DNA of 64,000 bases from Octopus vulgaris. Lineage: Eukaryota. This document shows positions 14,345 through 27,245 of this stretch, in pieces. The stretch spans positions 50,964,001-51,028,000 of the forward strand of contig OX597825.1 in NCBI GenBank assembly GCA_951406725.2. Reading direction: 5' to 3'. How positions within the stretch are numbered: the stretch's first letter is position 1; each line of letters opens with the position of its first letter. The position numbers and the translations under genes were made by a program. The notes beneath the pieces were generated by a model. It saw nothing but the letters and a program-made list of their open reading frames with translations, made no database searches and was not told the DNA's origin.

Positions 14345-14875
14345 CGGACCTTGAAGCAATTCAGTGAAGCTTCACAAAGAAGATCGTCTCATTGCAACAG
14401 CTCAGCTACTGGGAAATGCTGAAGCAGCTACGAATCTACTCCCTTGACTCTAGATAGAAGATTAAAGTGATATGCAGTAATATAGATCTGAAAGATCCTG
14501 GAGGGGATTTTGCCAAATTTTGGCATTGAAAGCAACCCAATTACTAAAGATCCCAACAACGCCATTGCACTTGAGGAACAGTTATTGAAACAGCCTAGGT
14601 TTCAGGGTCCCACAGCTTTTTAATATTTTCTCATAGAGGCTGAAGGACCAGCAAAAAGTGGATGTATGTGTTTTCAAAACAAAACTAGATCTCTTCCTCG
14701 CGAGAGTTTCATATGAACCTACCTCGCGGTAAGAGGTGTTAATGAGGACAGCAGCATGAAACTCCATTATTGACCAAATGCCACATATCATAGGAGGCTC
14801 TCAATAATAACTGTGTAGTCAAACGGCGGTGCCACACCATGGTCACATCTTTGAGCTGAAACCGATAAAAAAATA
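14345..14875 (+). mobile_element. CR1-clade LINE 3' fragment
   Basis: LSYWEMLKQLRIYSL..KILEGILPNFGI..GFRGPQLFNI..FKTKLDLFL..NSIIDQ, then a 3' stem-loop tail and A-rich end. Confidence 0.85.
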
Positions 14876-15099
14876 CAGATATTTATATATAATTATTACA
14901 TTAAAGGCTGTTACTATAAGCAAAGCCACACGCTGGAAATGGACTCTAAGGTTAAATTACTTTATCAAATATATAGACGCGCTGAAGTTGAGAGAATGAA
15001 CACACACATATTTATATATATATGTCTATATATTTATATATAGTTCGTATTTGTATTTAGTTTGCAAGATTCTTGATGTGAATTCGTGTGTTGAAAGAA

Positions 15100-15310
15100 A
15101 TACTATTGAACCTTGGAGGGGGCATTATGCCGGTAAGATAAACACACACTGGTTCGGTCCTTTATTGTTGTTGTTCAGTATTGTTTGTGTTGTTATTATT
15201 GTTTATCAAATAATTATTTCATCGCATTGTTGCAACCTCTTCACTGATACGTCTCTCTACTTCCATTTTTTAAACTTATGTTCCAGCGTTGAGATTTGTC
15301 CGAGATCTCT
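15100..15310 (+). mobile_element. Penelope-like element fragment (inverted partner of 16078-16307)
   Basis: Reverse-complement similarity to 16078-16307 over ~210 bp. Confidence 0.7.
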
Positions 15311-15929
15311 CCAAGATGAGAATGTGATTGGTGTATGTCTGTGTGTCTGTGTGTCTGTGTGTTTATACGTAAGTGTGTGCATCCGTATGTGTTTGTATAT
15401 TTCTTTAAATACTAACTTATGTCACTTTCATACACATAAGAAAGCGGTTTTGGTTTTCTCTTTGTTTTCTTTGCAAACGCACGTTCATCCATATGACGTT
15501 TCTCTCATAGACAGTTAGACAATGCTGAATAAATTGATGTCTATCTGTGCGTGAGTATGAGCATACCTATGCGTGAGTCCGTGTGTGTATGGGAGGGCAT
15601 GCGTGAGCGTATGTTTCTGTTCGCGTGTCCGTGGTTGTGTGAGCATCTGTCTGTGGCTCAGTGTGCCTTTGTGTGTGTATCCGTGTGTGTGTGTCTGTGT
15701 GTGTGTATCCGTGTGTGTGTGTGCGTGTGTATGTATGTGTGTGCGTTCATATGTGTGTAAGTTCCTGTGTATTTGTGTGTACTTCTGCACGCATGTTTCC
15801 GTGTGTGTGTGTATGCGTATGTATGTGTATGCGTGTGGACATGTCTGTTTCCTTGTTTGTCTTTGCATGTGTGTGAGTAAGTGTGTATATCTGTTTGTGT
15901 ATGTGTGTATGTATGTGTGTGTGCCTCCA

Positions 15930-16305
15930 CAGGTCTTTGTAAGGCCTTTGCCTATTGAGAGTATTTACTATTCAAAACCGGTCGTGTTTAGTTTATGAAG
16001 ACTTACTCTCGTATTTGTCGTAGCGATGCGTCGTCCAGGTGTCTAGACAGGATTTCTATGCTAATCCGGTTCAGAACACAGATCTCGGACAAATTCCAAC
16101 ACTGGAATATATGTTCAAATGAAATGGATGTAGTGAGACGTGTCACTGAAGGGATTGCAACAATGCAGCCAATTAAATATTTGACCAAAAAAAAATAATA
16201 ATAGATAAAAGAAATAACACGAACAATACTTTACAGTAAAAATAAAGGACTGGACCAGCGCGTGTGTTTATTATTACCATCACAATGCCTTCCCAAGGTT
16301 CAATA

Positions 16306-16307
<2 letters not shown>
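15930..16307 (-). mobile_element. Penelope-like element, GIY-YIG C-terminal remnant
   Basis: SISFEHIFQC..ISIEILSRHLDDASLRQIRE*VFIN*TRPVLNSK matches the R-x-x-x-E..FI..P-x-LN end of Penelope endonucleases. Confidence 0.65.
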
Positions 16308-16336
<29 letters not shown>

Positions 16337-16500
16337 CATACGTACATACACAAACACACATTTACAAACACACGTGTTGCTACATAATTTTTACTTCAGT
16401 AATTCTTTTTAGAACTTGACATTTGGTGCATGAGGGGTTTGAAGCCGCGGCCCCTATTTGCCCTACCAGCAGGGAGAGACGTATATATATATATATATAT

Positions 16501-19500
16501 ATAAACTTAGATAAACTTAGATGTGTTTCCACCAAAGATTGGTCCTGGCCATATCTAACTTAATAGTACCACCTGATAGGATTATTTAAATCCGTTTTAA
16601 GTCAAGCTTTGTGGTTTCATGGACCATTCAAATAGTGAGTTCTTGTTGAGTTAGTTATATGAAGGTATAGATGTCTTATCTGGTATTCCTTGACGAAATT
16701 TGGCCAGACTCCGTTTAAAGGTGATGGGATCCTTTTCCTCTTTGATCAGTTTTGGGACAATGATAAACAGGACTGTTGAGGAAAAGAAATTGTGTCGCAG
16801 TGTACCTATATGTTATAATCTTGAATTGGGCAGGGGATTATGGCCCGTGGTCCCAACCTAGGATGAACCTTGAAGCTAATGTTCAGGTCGTTTGGACAAT
16901 GCTGGCGGTATGTTCTCTACATCGTGCAAATGATGTACCGCTTGCAGCGGCGCTGTAGTAGAGTTTCAAGGATTTAAGGCGCTCCCAGTAATCAAGATCA
17001 GTCACGCTGCAGTTGTTGCTTCTTTGATTACAAGGTTGTTATCGTTCTTAATTGAGGGTAATGCTGATGTTGGCATTTTAGAGTACTGATTTTTCGGTTT
17101 ATACTCTTTATTCTCCTGGTGACAGCTTTTCTCTATTTTGGAATCCTGCATCTACTGAAATTTATGAGTCGTGAGAGTGTTTGTTTTGAATATATGTGGG
17201 TAACTGTATCCTCAAACAGTTGCCATGCGATTGTGTTTGTTGTATTGGAGGAAGCATGAGTGAAGGACCAGTCCACTTGCGATAACTCTTGAGTGATCGC
17301 GCTCCAGTTTGACTTGTGTAAGCTCATATTATCAAACGGGTGTACTGGATTTATGCCAAATTTTTGGATGCTGAAGATTGAGGTTACAGAGTACTATGTG
17401 ATGATCGAACAGGAGAGTTCTTTCCTTTGTGATGTTATGAATAATGTTAGCATGGTTACTTAGCACTAATTCCAAAACACTTTGGTTGCTTCCGGTTGGT
17501 TTATGGACGAGCTGTGACAAGAAAAATTTATCGATAAATTTAAAAAGTAACTTCACTGCTGCTTTGTCTGAGCTTGAGGTGAAGGTTCCTGGTCTAACAA
17601 TATTATTGGACCAATTTACAGTGGGTAGGTTGAAGTCACCCATCATCAGAATATTTCCTGGGTTACATTGCAGAAGGAAATATTTGATCTTCTCAGGGTA
17701 CTCTTGGAAATAGTGTAAGGGTGCTTGTGGGGATCTGTAGAGCCCAATCCCAGACAAGGCTTTACCCTTGTTGTATACAGAGACTGATTCGCAGTAGCTG
17801 TTGGAGAAAATATTCTTGGAATCTACGCTGAAAGAATCATGGAAAAAAACCCCAGCAAATCCATCCTTTCTTCAGCCTCCCCAATTAACGCAAATTATTG
17901 TGAAGTCTTCAATGTTCAGTTCAGCCTCTAAATGCCGGTCGTTTAGGTGGGTCTCATTTAGGACAAAGAAAGGGATTGGCTGTAAGCTGTGAGTGTGCTG
18001 CAATCCATCCTTCAATTTAGGGTATTTTCCATTTTCGAGCCTTAATGGCTGGGTTGATACCTTGGTCATTGTTAAGGCAGCAGCATCGTTGCGTTTCTTC
18101 AGGATCTGCACATCATGTTTGTTGATGCTATTGTTGTTGGTGTTGCTACTCAGTGGCAGTAGCAAGGGTGTTTTTCACCTTGGGTTGGGAGTAGAGGCTT
18201 GAATGCTTCTCTTGATTTCTTTCGCCAGATTCAAAATAGCCAAAGAAATTTGGTTTCTCGAGTCACTGTAGTTGTTGTTGCACTGATGAATGCAGCCACA
18301 AATAATTTTATTATTACATTTGTTTTTTCGGCCTGGTTTTCTGTTCTCTGGTTTATGTGGAGTAATGGAACCATTTTCGCCGTAGTAGGTGATACAGTTA
18401 TTATGGTGATTAAACTTTGTGGATAAGGGGCAGGTTTGGCGTGATTGCATTTTACTTATAGAGCGTCAAGTTCCCGGTAGGTGGTAAAAGGGCAGCTTTG
18501 TTGCAAACATTATTCTCTCATGAAAAGAATAGCAGCAGCTATTGGGATTCCATTTTGTTTGTGTAAGAGGAGTGTGATGTAGTTGTCTGTTCATGGATGT
18601 TCCATAGTTGATGCTTCTAGTTCCCTCGAGGTTAGTGAAAAGACAGTGTTGTCGCAAACACATCCTCTAACGGAAGGAACAACGGCAGATTTTGGGGTTC
18701 CGTTTTGTTTGTGAGGGTGGGATATGTAGCAATTGTTTGTTTACGCAGGATTTAGAGGTGAATTATTCTGGGAATGATGTGGTAAGGGTTGTTCCTGGTG
18801 TATTTGGTTGGGCTGAGATGTTAGTCGTTCTATTGCTAGGTTGTGGTATTGGAGACAGTAGTAGTAGCTGTTGATGCCGATGGCATCGATAATAATGGTG
18901 GTGGTGGAGCTGGTGGTAACGATAGCCATGGCAGCGATGTTGCTTGTGATGATGATGATGGTGATGGCAGAGGTGTTGTTGGTGATGATAATGGTGATGG
19001 TAATGATGTTGCTGGTGATGAGTATGAGGAATTGGTTATCATGGTAATCATGGTGTGAGCAAATTTTGGTATGTAGGCATTAGTAGGTTGGAAAGCTAAC
19101 AGGTCAGTAGCGGTAGGCTGTTTTCGTTTAGTAGAATCGGCGAATATTAAGTGGAGTATTGTAAGATGCTCCTTAACGAGGTGTTAGGATTTCGAAATAT
19201 GCTTTAAATTAGATTCCACTTGTTCTGCTGTTCGATTGTCAAAAAGTGGGGAAATTTTAGAAACAATGTCACTGAGGCATGACGCTTGTGTGCTGACATT
19301 TTGTGAAAGGTCAAGCTAGCTGATGAGTAGAATAGCGATTTCATTCTCTGTCCAGAGGATTTTCTTTTGGGCTATTTTGCTCATGGTGATAGTAGTTGCG
19401 ACTTTTCTTTCTTCGTATTGTTAGTCAATAATTTAGGTGGATTCTCTTTTTTTTTTCCACTATGTGATGAAGAAAAAAATAATTTTGGAAGTGAAAGGTG

Positions 19501-19825
19501 TTTGAGTTTTGCAAAATGATGTGATAGTTGAAAATGTATAATCTTGTGTATATGGTCATTAGTTTTAAACAGATATATATGAGTGAAAAGTCATGGTGAT
19601 AGTAATTGCTGTCAAGAGATTTTATTCTGTTTATGTGTCTTCTCCTTCGCTCGTTTTGCTAGTTAATAATTTAGGTGGTATTTCTTTCTTTCTATGTGAT
19701 AGAGAAAAGATGATTTCGAAAGTGAATGGTGTTTAAGTTTTGCGAAATTTTGTGATATGTATAACCTTGTATTTGTGACCGTTAGATTTAAACAGTGTTT
19801 TAAACAGGGATATACGAGTGAAAGT
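16501..19825 (-). mobile_element. Decayed CR1-clade LINE: 5'UTR, ORF1, APE endonuclease and RT C-terminus; most of the RT deleted
   Basis: APE motifs LNETHL, GLYRSP, MGDFNLPTVNW, FDHHIV (17330-18000). DLDYWERLKSLKLY..RY (16930-17005). 3' (TCTAAGTTTA) tandem tail at 16501-16522. ORF1 ATG at 19384. Confidence 0.85.
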
Positions 19826-21273
19826 TCAAAAGTGTGTGTGTAAATTCTGACTACACAATGAATTTCATAAATTCAAATGATGTATGTGTACATGCGTATA
19901 TATTTAATAAAATCACAGGATAAATTTACACTGTATTCACGATTCCGTTGGTTTCATGTCAACACGTACAAATATAAACATGTCCTGTTATGAATGTCAG
20001 CACCTTGACGTTACGATTGTTAGACGTTTCTTTTTAGGATAGATAAATAGACCTACAAACATATACTTATTTTTACTGTTAGGTTAGATAATGATCCATC
20101 TCATTCAAGTATGTCTATACGTAGTACACACATGTGCACACTCGCCTACACTCGCACCGATAGGGTGCAGAAATCCTTTCATATTCACTATTCCTGAAAA
20201 AACTTTAATTAGTAAGCGCATGGAGTGTACCAATGGAAATCATTGTCGTAACTAAAACTACAATAAAGGTGTAACTAAATGAAGACGCCTTTCATGTATG
20301 TAAATTTACTATAGTTGTATATAAACAGATACATTCGTAAATACACGTGCGCGTATGGTCATGAAAATATGTATTCGCATATGAATAAATGTATGTATAT
20401 GTATACTAATATGTATATATACACATATGTGTGTGTGAATCAGTGTGCGTGTATTAATATGCATACATACAAAGACGCAAGAGCTGATACAGACAGGGAA
20501 ATGTATTCGTTTCCGTTTACAAACGAGTAAATAAATGCGCAGAACATAACGTACAGCGCGTATATATCTTATCAGTTGAAATTTCCTGAAACGTAAACTT
20601 CTGAGTAACGAAAATCTAGACACTTCACTTTGTTTTACCACTTGTGCGCGCACACAAACATACACAAAAATACTTACGCATACATGCACATAAACACACA
20701 CACAACACACCACGTACAGAAACACGCACAAATTGGTGATAAGAGATGTAGCAGTTTTGAGTTTCCCGTCTTCCACGAAGGCGTTAGTGATGTAAGCTAA
20801 ATATCTTCAACTGAGCTTGAAACAGCATCGCAATCTGAACATGAACATACAGCAACCCGCTATATCATTTTCCCACAAATATTGTAAATGAAGAATCTGA
20901 ACATTTGATGGAAGATGATAAAGCTTTGGGGCGTCTCTATTAGAGTGCATTCCTCTAAACATATTGTCTAAGAAACGTATTCAATGTAATATCTTTGCGC
21001 GCGCGCACATACACATACACACTTACACATTCAAACATTCAGGCGCGCGCATATATACACAAACAAACCTTTAGTGTAGTTGTTATTATTGAAGTGAAAC
21101 CTATCTGTTACAATCCGCCGTTTCCACTCAGCGAACTTTGATACCTACTTAAAATGATCCCTTTCTTACAAGAGAGAACACCAAGTGAACATTCTTTGTT
21201 GTCAACTTATTATTTTTAATAAATCTGTTGCAGTGTAACAGAACTAGAGAAAGAGAGAGAGAGAGAGAGAAAT

Positions 21274-21307
<34 letters not shown>

Positions 21308-23679
21308 GGAGAAACAAAACAAAATAAAATGTAAAAACATATATTTAAACAAATAAAAATAATTCTACACATCAGAAAGCTTAATATCTCAACATATTTT
21401 ATTCCACTACTGTTTTTTATGCTCCGTTTTCTTCTGAAATATTTAGCAATTCATGATTCTATTATTTTATTATTTTAATGATCACTATTTCAGTAACCTT
21501 TCTATATCATAATACTAAGATATTGTAATTTTTCTTCACAATTTTCGTCTGCAACTTCCCCTGTTGAATGCTAACACAACGTAGCTCTAGGCTTTCAAAG
21601 TACACTTCTTCCTATCGTGCCAAACCGTTTTAGTTGCAATATTTCCGACAATATGCAAAATTTCACAGCCAAAGTTTCAGCTCCGGATATCTACACGTCT
21701 TTTACATTTTTACTTAAATTTCAGTGTTAAAAACACCGCCATCACCACCATCACCACCATCAACATCACCATCACTACCGTCATTAGAATTAGCAGCAAT
21801 GTTGTGTATTTCCTTGAGAATTCTGAGTGAACAGTAGCTATATAAACAATAGATTCGAAAACAATGGCGAAAAGTAGAATTAACTAATGCTGTGATAGTT
21901 TTTGATGGTTTCTGTGATGGATATTTAATTAATGATTATTTAACTTTTGACAATTATGGGAAATGTTTTGTGTACACATTTTAAAGAATACTTCAGTTTC
22001 ACTTTCCTTGAATATCTAATCGCAGACAATTAAATTTCATAATACTCTAGCAATAGAAATCTAATAAAAATATTTTATTAGGTAACAAACATAATAACTG
22101 AAATAGTGAACTTTTAATTTTCGTTATTGAAAATGTATTCTATAAATTCTTTGACGTGTTGAGAGACACAAGGAATAAAACAAAATGCATTGGAAAAAAA
22201 GGTGAGAAACAAAAAGTATAATCAAAGATTCAACAAGTTATTTATTGGTTAGAATAATTTAGAATAACAATGAAAAAAAAATTAATAAAGAATCGATTGT
22301 TATTAAATATGAATATTTTACTATCTGACTTTATGCTAAAGAATTTAGTAAATTTAACTTTTAAGGGTTATAAGAGAAAAGTTTTAAAACTACAACAACC
22401 TATACACACACTCTTATACGGAGACAACAACACACTCTTATACGATTATTACGCTAAATAGTCACACATTGAACTTTATTTACTATGATTATTTCTTTAT
22501 GTTGAAATTATTTTGAAAAGACATCGTCAAGTCTCACTGAAGCAGAAACTCAAGCTGGATTGTTTACACTGATTGCACCTTACACCAAACAGATTTAACT
22601 CCCAAATAACTTTGCCTCTTCTACGCCAATACACAGTGTTGACGTCTTAAGAAAAAAATACAAAGCAAAAAAGATAAATATACCAGAAAAACATAGTCAA
22701 ATAATCTTAGTTTAATACATACACATACATACGTATGTGCGTATAAGTGTTTAAGTGTGAAAGTATATTCCTTAAGCTATTATTACATAAGCATCTTTGT
22801 ATGAAAGTCATAGTGACGCATACACACACACACACACATTCTAAATGAAAATGAAATTACATGAACAAATATTGACTCAGTATGATGTTATGTATGTATG
22901 TATGTATGTATGTATATATATATACGCACACATACACATATATACACATATATGAGTTTATATATAAATATATATATACATTTGTGTGTGTATATACATA
23001 CATATATATGTATATATAGATACATGTGTATATACATGTATATATATATATGTATATATATCCATGTATACATACAGGTATACATACATGTATATATATA
23101 TATACATATGTATGTATATATATATATATACATAAATATATGTGTATACATTTATACAGACACAGACAGAGATACGCACACACACTATACACGCTCACCA
23201 ATAACACATATATACTGCTATAGTCAATTCAAGATTTAACACGCTGTTATTAATAGTTTCGTGAGCCAAAGAAAGCACATTAAATCTACCGAACTTCCAC
23301 GACAGCAGTGTACTTCATATTAATTTACTGGACAGAATTAATTTCTTGCCTTGTGCTATGATTCTAAGGAGGACAGGTCCTCTAAAACTCTCTTAGGTTA
23401 AGTGAGTAGTTGCTTTAGATTGGCGAAATGAAATAGAGAAAGCTGATTCATTAGAAAATTTCGAAAACGTTGCGGAAATTATCCTTGGTTCAGAAGAAAA
23501 ATTGTGTGGAGCCCTAAAAAGAAAAAAAAAGAGATTTTACGATAATGGAAAAATAATGCTTAGGGTATCTGGGGAAAACAAGATAAAAAAAGTTGTGTAT
23601 GACTGGTCAATGTTAGTCCGCTTAAGCTCACGCTGAGGCATTGCTGAAAGTTAATATGTATAAAATTGTCAGAATTTCT

Positions 23680-23950
23680 TGCCAAAAATTCTTGATCCTA
23701 TGTTATTGAAATAAATATCGATGTTATTTAAGATTAATCTTTCCTCTGCTATACATAGGTTGCATGTTTTATCCCCATTACTGTATGATCTTCTCTTATC
23801 TAATGTCATGCACTTAATATCAAAGTCAGTATCATGCTCTTTAAAATACGAAGTGTAACACGGTAATTTTTTTTACTTCTCTTCTCTATGGTTTTGAAGG
23901 ATGTTATTTCATTGAAATAATGTTCTTTAAATCTATCTTGTACCATGTTA
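23680..23950 (-). mobile_element. Penelope-like GIY-YIG C-terminal remnant
   Basis: FKEHYFNEITSFK..YSNGDKTCNLCIAEERLIL matches the FKxRYxNHxxSF and CxLCLxEK motifs. Confidence 0.65.
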
Positions 23951-24329
23951 TCATTACAATTATTAAGGTAGAAAGAATGGTTAGGACGGCAAGCAAAATG
24001 CTTAGAGGAATTTTTTCCGACTTTACGTTCTAAGTTCAAATGATAGCGAGTTCGACTTTCATTTTCCAGGGCCTATAAAATAAGTATCAATTGAGCATCG
24101 AGATCGATTTAATTGGCTAACCTCCTTTCACGAAAAGTTCTGACTTTGTGCCTTTAGTAGAAGGAATTGTCATATTAGCTAGTATATATTTTTTATTAGT
24201 TAACAGTGTTGTTATCTTGAGGTTTAGTGAAAAATCTATTCAAATCTGAAGAATCTTTCTTAGAATTCTTATTGAATATTGAATTGCATTTTTCTGCGGG
24301 TTGACAATTTTAATCTCAATTCCAATATC

Positions 24330-24660
24330 CTCCAGTCTCAAAGGTAGACTGGTTCTTGCACCAGGTGCACATGAATTGTTGTCGTCTTAGTCTTCCACAG
24401 CTTCTAAATCCTTTTGGCTAAGTCATGGTTTTTCACATTTTGCAGTTTATTTGGCATTTTCTCCATCATCATATAGTATTGCAATGTCCATGATCTTAAA
24501 ATGGTCTTTCTTTCCTCCTGTATAGTTATATCTGGTAATCTTGCTCCAATAATATAATCAGTCTTTATTTAAGAGCCATCAAATCCTATTGTCCTTATCC
24601 TCTCACTGCTCCTAGCTCGTGTTCGTACTACTTTTCTGTTACATCCATCGCACATTTGAT
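24330..24660 (-). mobile_element. Decayed Dong/R4 endonuclease fragment
   Basis: KTDYIIGARLPDIT..IMDIAI (PD..D motif), lying next to (TAT)n at 24701-24799. Confidence 0.55.
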
Positions 24661-24698
24661 TGATATTGCAATATATTGTTTAATACATTCTTATCTTT

Positions 24699-24930
<232 letters not shown>

Positions 24931-27182
24931 AGCAATATTATTTTTTTGTTGTTGTTGTAAGATTTGAGTCCTACATATGTTATCGTGTACTGAGTCATCA
25001 TTTAACAATATGGAGATTTTAAAATTACGTTGTTGTGAACAGAGCTCTTCGTTTTGCCGCATAAAGCACAAGAATATTTAACATAAAACGATGGAGTTCC
25101 TAGTTTTTGTCCGTAAAATTCAGTTCTCAAGATTGAATAAATTTCCTCATATCATTATTAAACTTCAGGCAGGATCATTTGTTGGATTGACTCATGACAC
25201 ACAAACCTATTTATTTCGTGATTTTAATGGTTACGAAGCATTATTCACGCTTCTCATCTGCTCCGGGAAGATTGTCAACTGAAGATCAACTTGGTGGTGA
25301 AGTGAGATCGATAGAGTGTAGGATCAGCAAAAACTACTACATATTTCAGTACATCTACATGAGATGTCGTTACAACACATACAACACTCAGTGGTTTGAC
25401 GACCATAATTATCAGGTTATATATTATGAGCATGAGAATATTCGCATATTTCAGTCATTGTTCAAAATGACAATAAAGACATGAGCCGCTAGTTTTCGCT
25501 TTCTAACATAAATATACGTGTAAGTCTTATGAAATGCCATCATGCTGAAAAATATTACAAAATATTGAATTGTGAGTTCTTTCCGTTTCCATTTGCACAA
25601 ATTAAATTTATGATTTCTTTCTTTGACAGAATTCTAACCAAGTGGCAAATGACAAAAGCGTTAATAGTGGAGAAATGAGCCAAGCAGTCACCATATTAGA
25701 ACTAACTGGAAGTTATATGAAAAATCTGAAGTGAAAACTTTCTAACTCTAACGTTGTTGAAACGACTTAATCTGAGAAACGTTGGTAAATGGAAAAAGGA
25801 AATTGAGAAAAAGATTAACAAGTCTGCAAAAGGTCGATATTTCGGTGACATTCTCGTATTCTACATTGCTCCGCCAAGTGACAATATATTCATAATTCAC
25901 AAAAGAATTATCAGATATGCATGACTAAGTCGCTCAGTTTAAGAATCGTGGCTAACCGAAAATGCAATATATATTTAATAAAGTCATACTCGTCCATTGG
26001 GTAACCAGAAGGCCAGAGAAAGAAAAAAAGGGAGAGTAGAGAAAGAAAAGAAGTGAAAATGAAAGAAAAGAGAGAAAAAATGTAAAGAAAAATGTATTGC
26101 AAAAGAGTTTGGAAATCTTAAACAGAAATGAACTTCTGGAGGTCATGAGTGGGAGTGGGGAAGGTGGCTTCTATGTTATGATTTACAATACTGCTAATAC
26201 GAGTCGCTGACAATACAGTTTTGACAGCTCATCAAGATGGTGTTGTAGAACGAATGAAAGGAAAGTTCTCAGAACAATAGATCCTTCCACTGTATTGAAA
26301 ATTCGGTGCTATCCTAATAAAGGAAGCGTAACAAGTTTTCTAACACTGGTATTATTAGACGTGTGAACTTGCTGCCAATCAAAAGAGATTCTCTTCTTCT
26401 AACAATCGTATTTAGTTCGTCAATGACACGACTGTGAATACAGATATATATCTCTCTCCATCACTCTCCCCTCCACCTCCATTTTTCCTACCAATCTCTC
26501 CATTATACCTCACTTCCTTCTCTGTTTCTTCTCTTTCTGTTATCGTTGTCTTCTTTTCCACTGTCCATGTATCACTCCTCTTCACTCTATGTGTGCTATC
26601 CCTCCTCCTTTCTACTTTCTCTCTCTCTCTTTTCTATATCTCTCTTGGAACCTCTCGCTTTATATGTCTATTAACAGATTTGTCGATGAGCCCCTAACAG
26701 CATTATTGGCAACAAATGCTCATTTAATATTTAAGAACAAGAACGACCATAGTTTACAGAAGTGGACATTACTCTATGTAACAACATGTAATATTGGGAG
26801 GTATCAACTTCTCCACCTCCATAACACACTAATACACATTATGTTGAACGTGTACAATGGTTCTTCTGGCAGCTAATAAATTGAGAAACATAATTTTAGT
26901 GAAGTACGGCTGATATAGGACGAGAATTATCATTACTACGACTTATATTTTTATTATTATTTTACATAATCTTTATAATGTCTGAAAAGGTGCCTTGCAG
27001 TATGCGTTCCTGATCTTTGCATTATGAGTTCAAATACCGCCAAGATCAGCTTTACCTTTTATTCTTTTGTGTTCGATAAAATAAAGTACCATTTAAGGAC
27101 TGGTGTCGTTGTAATGAAATAAACCCCACCCCTAAAATTCCTGGTCTTGTACCTAAGTTTGAAATACTTATTATTATTATTA

Positions 27183-27245
<63 letters not shown>

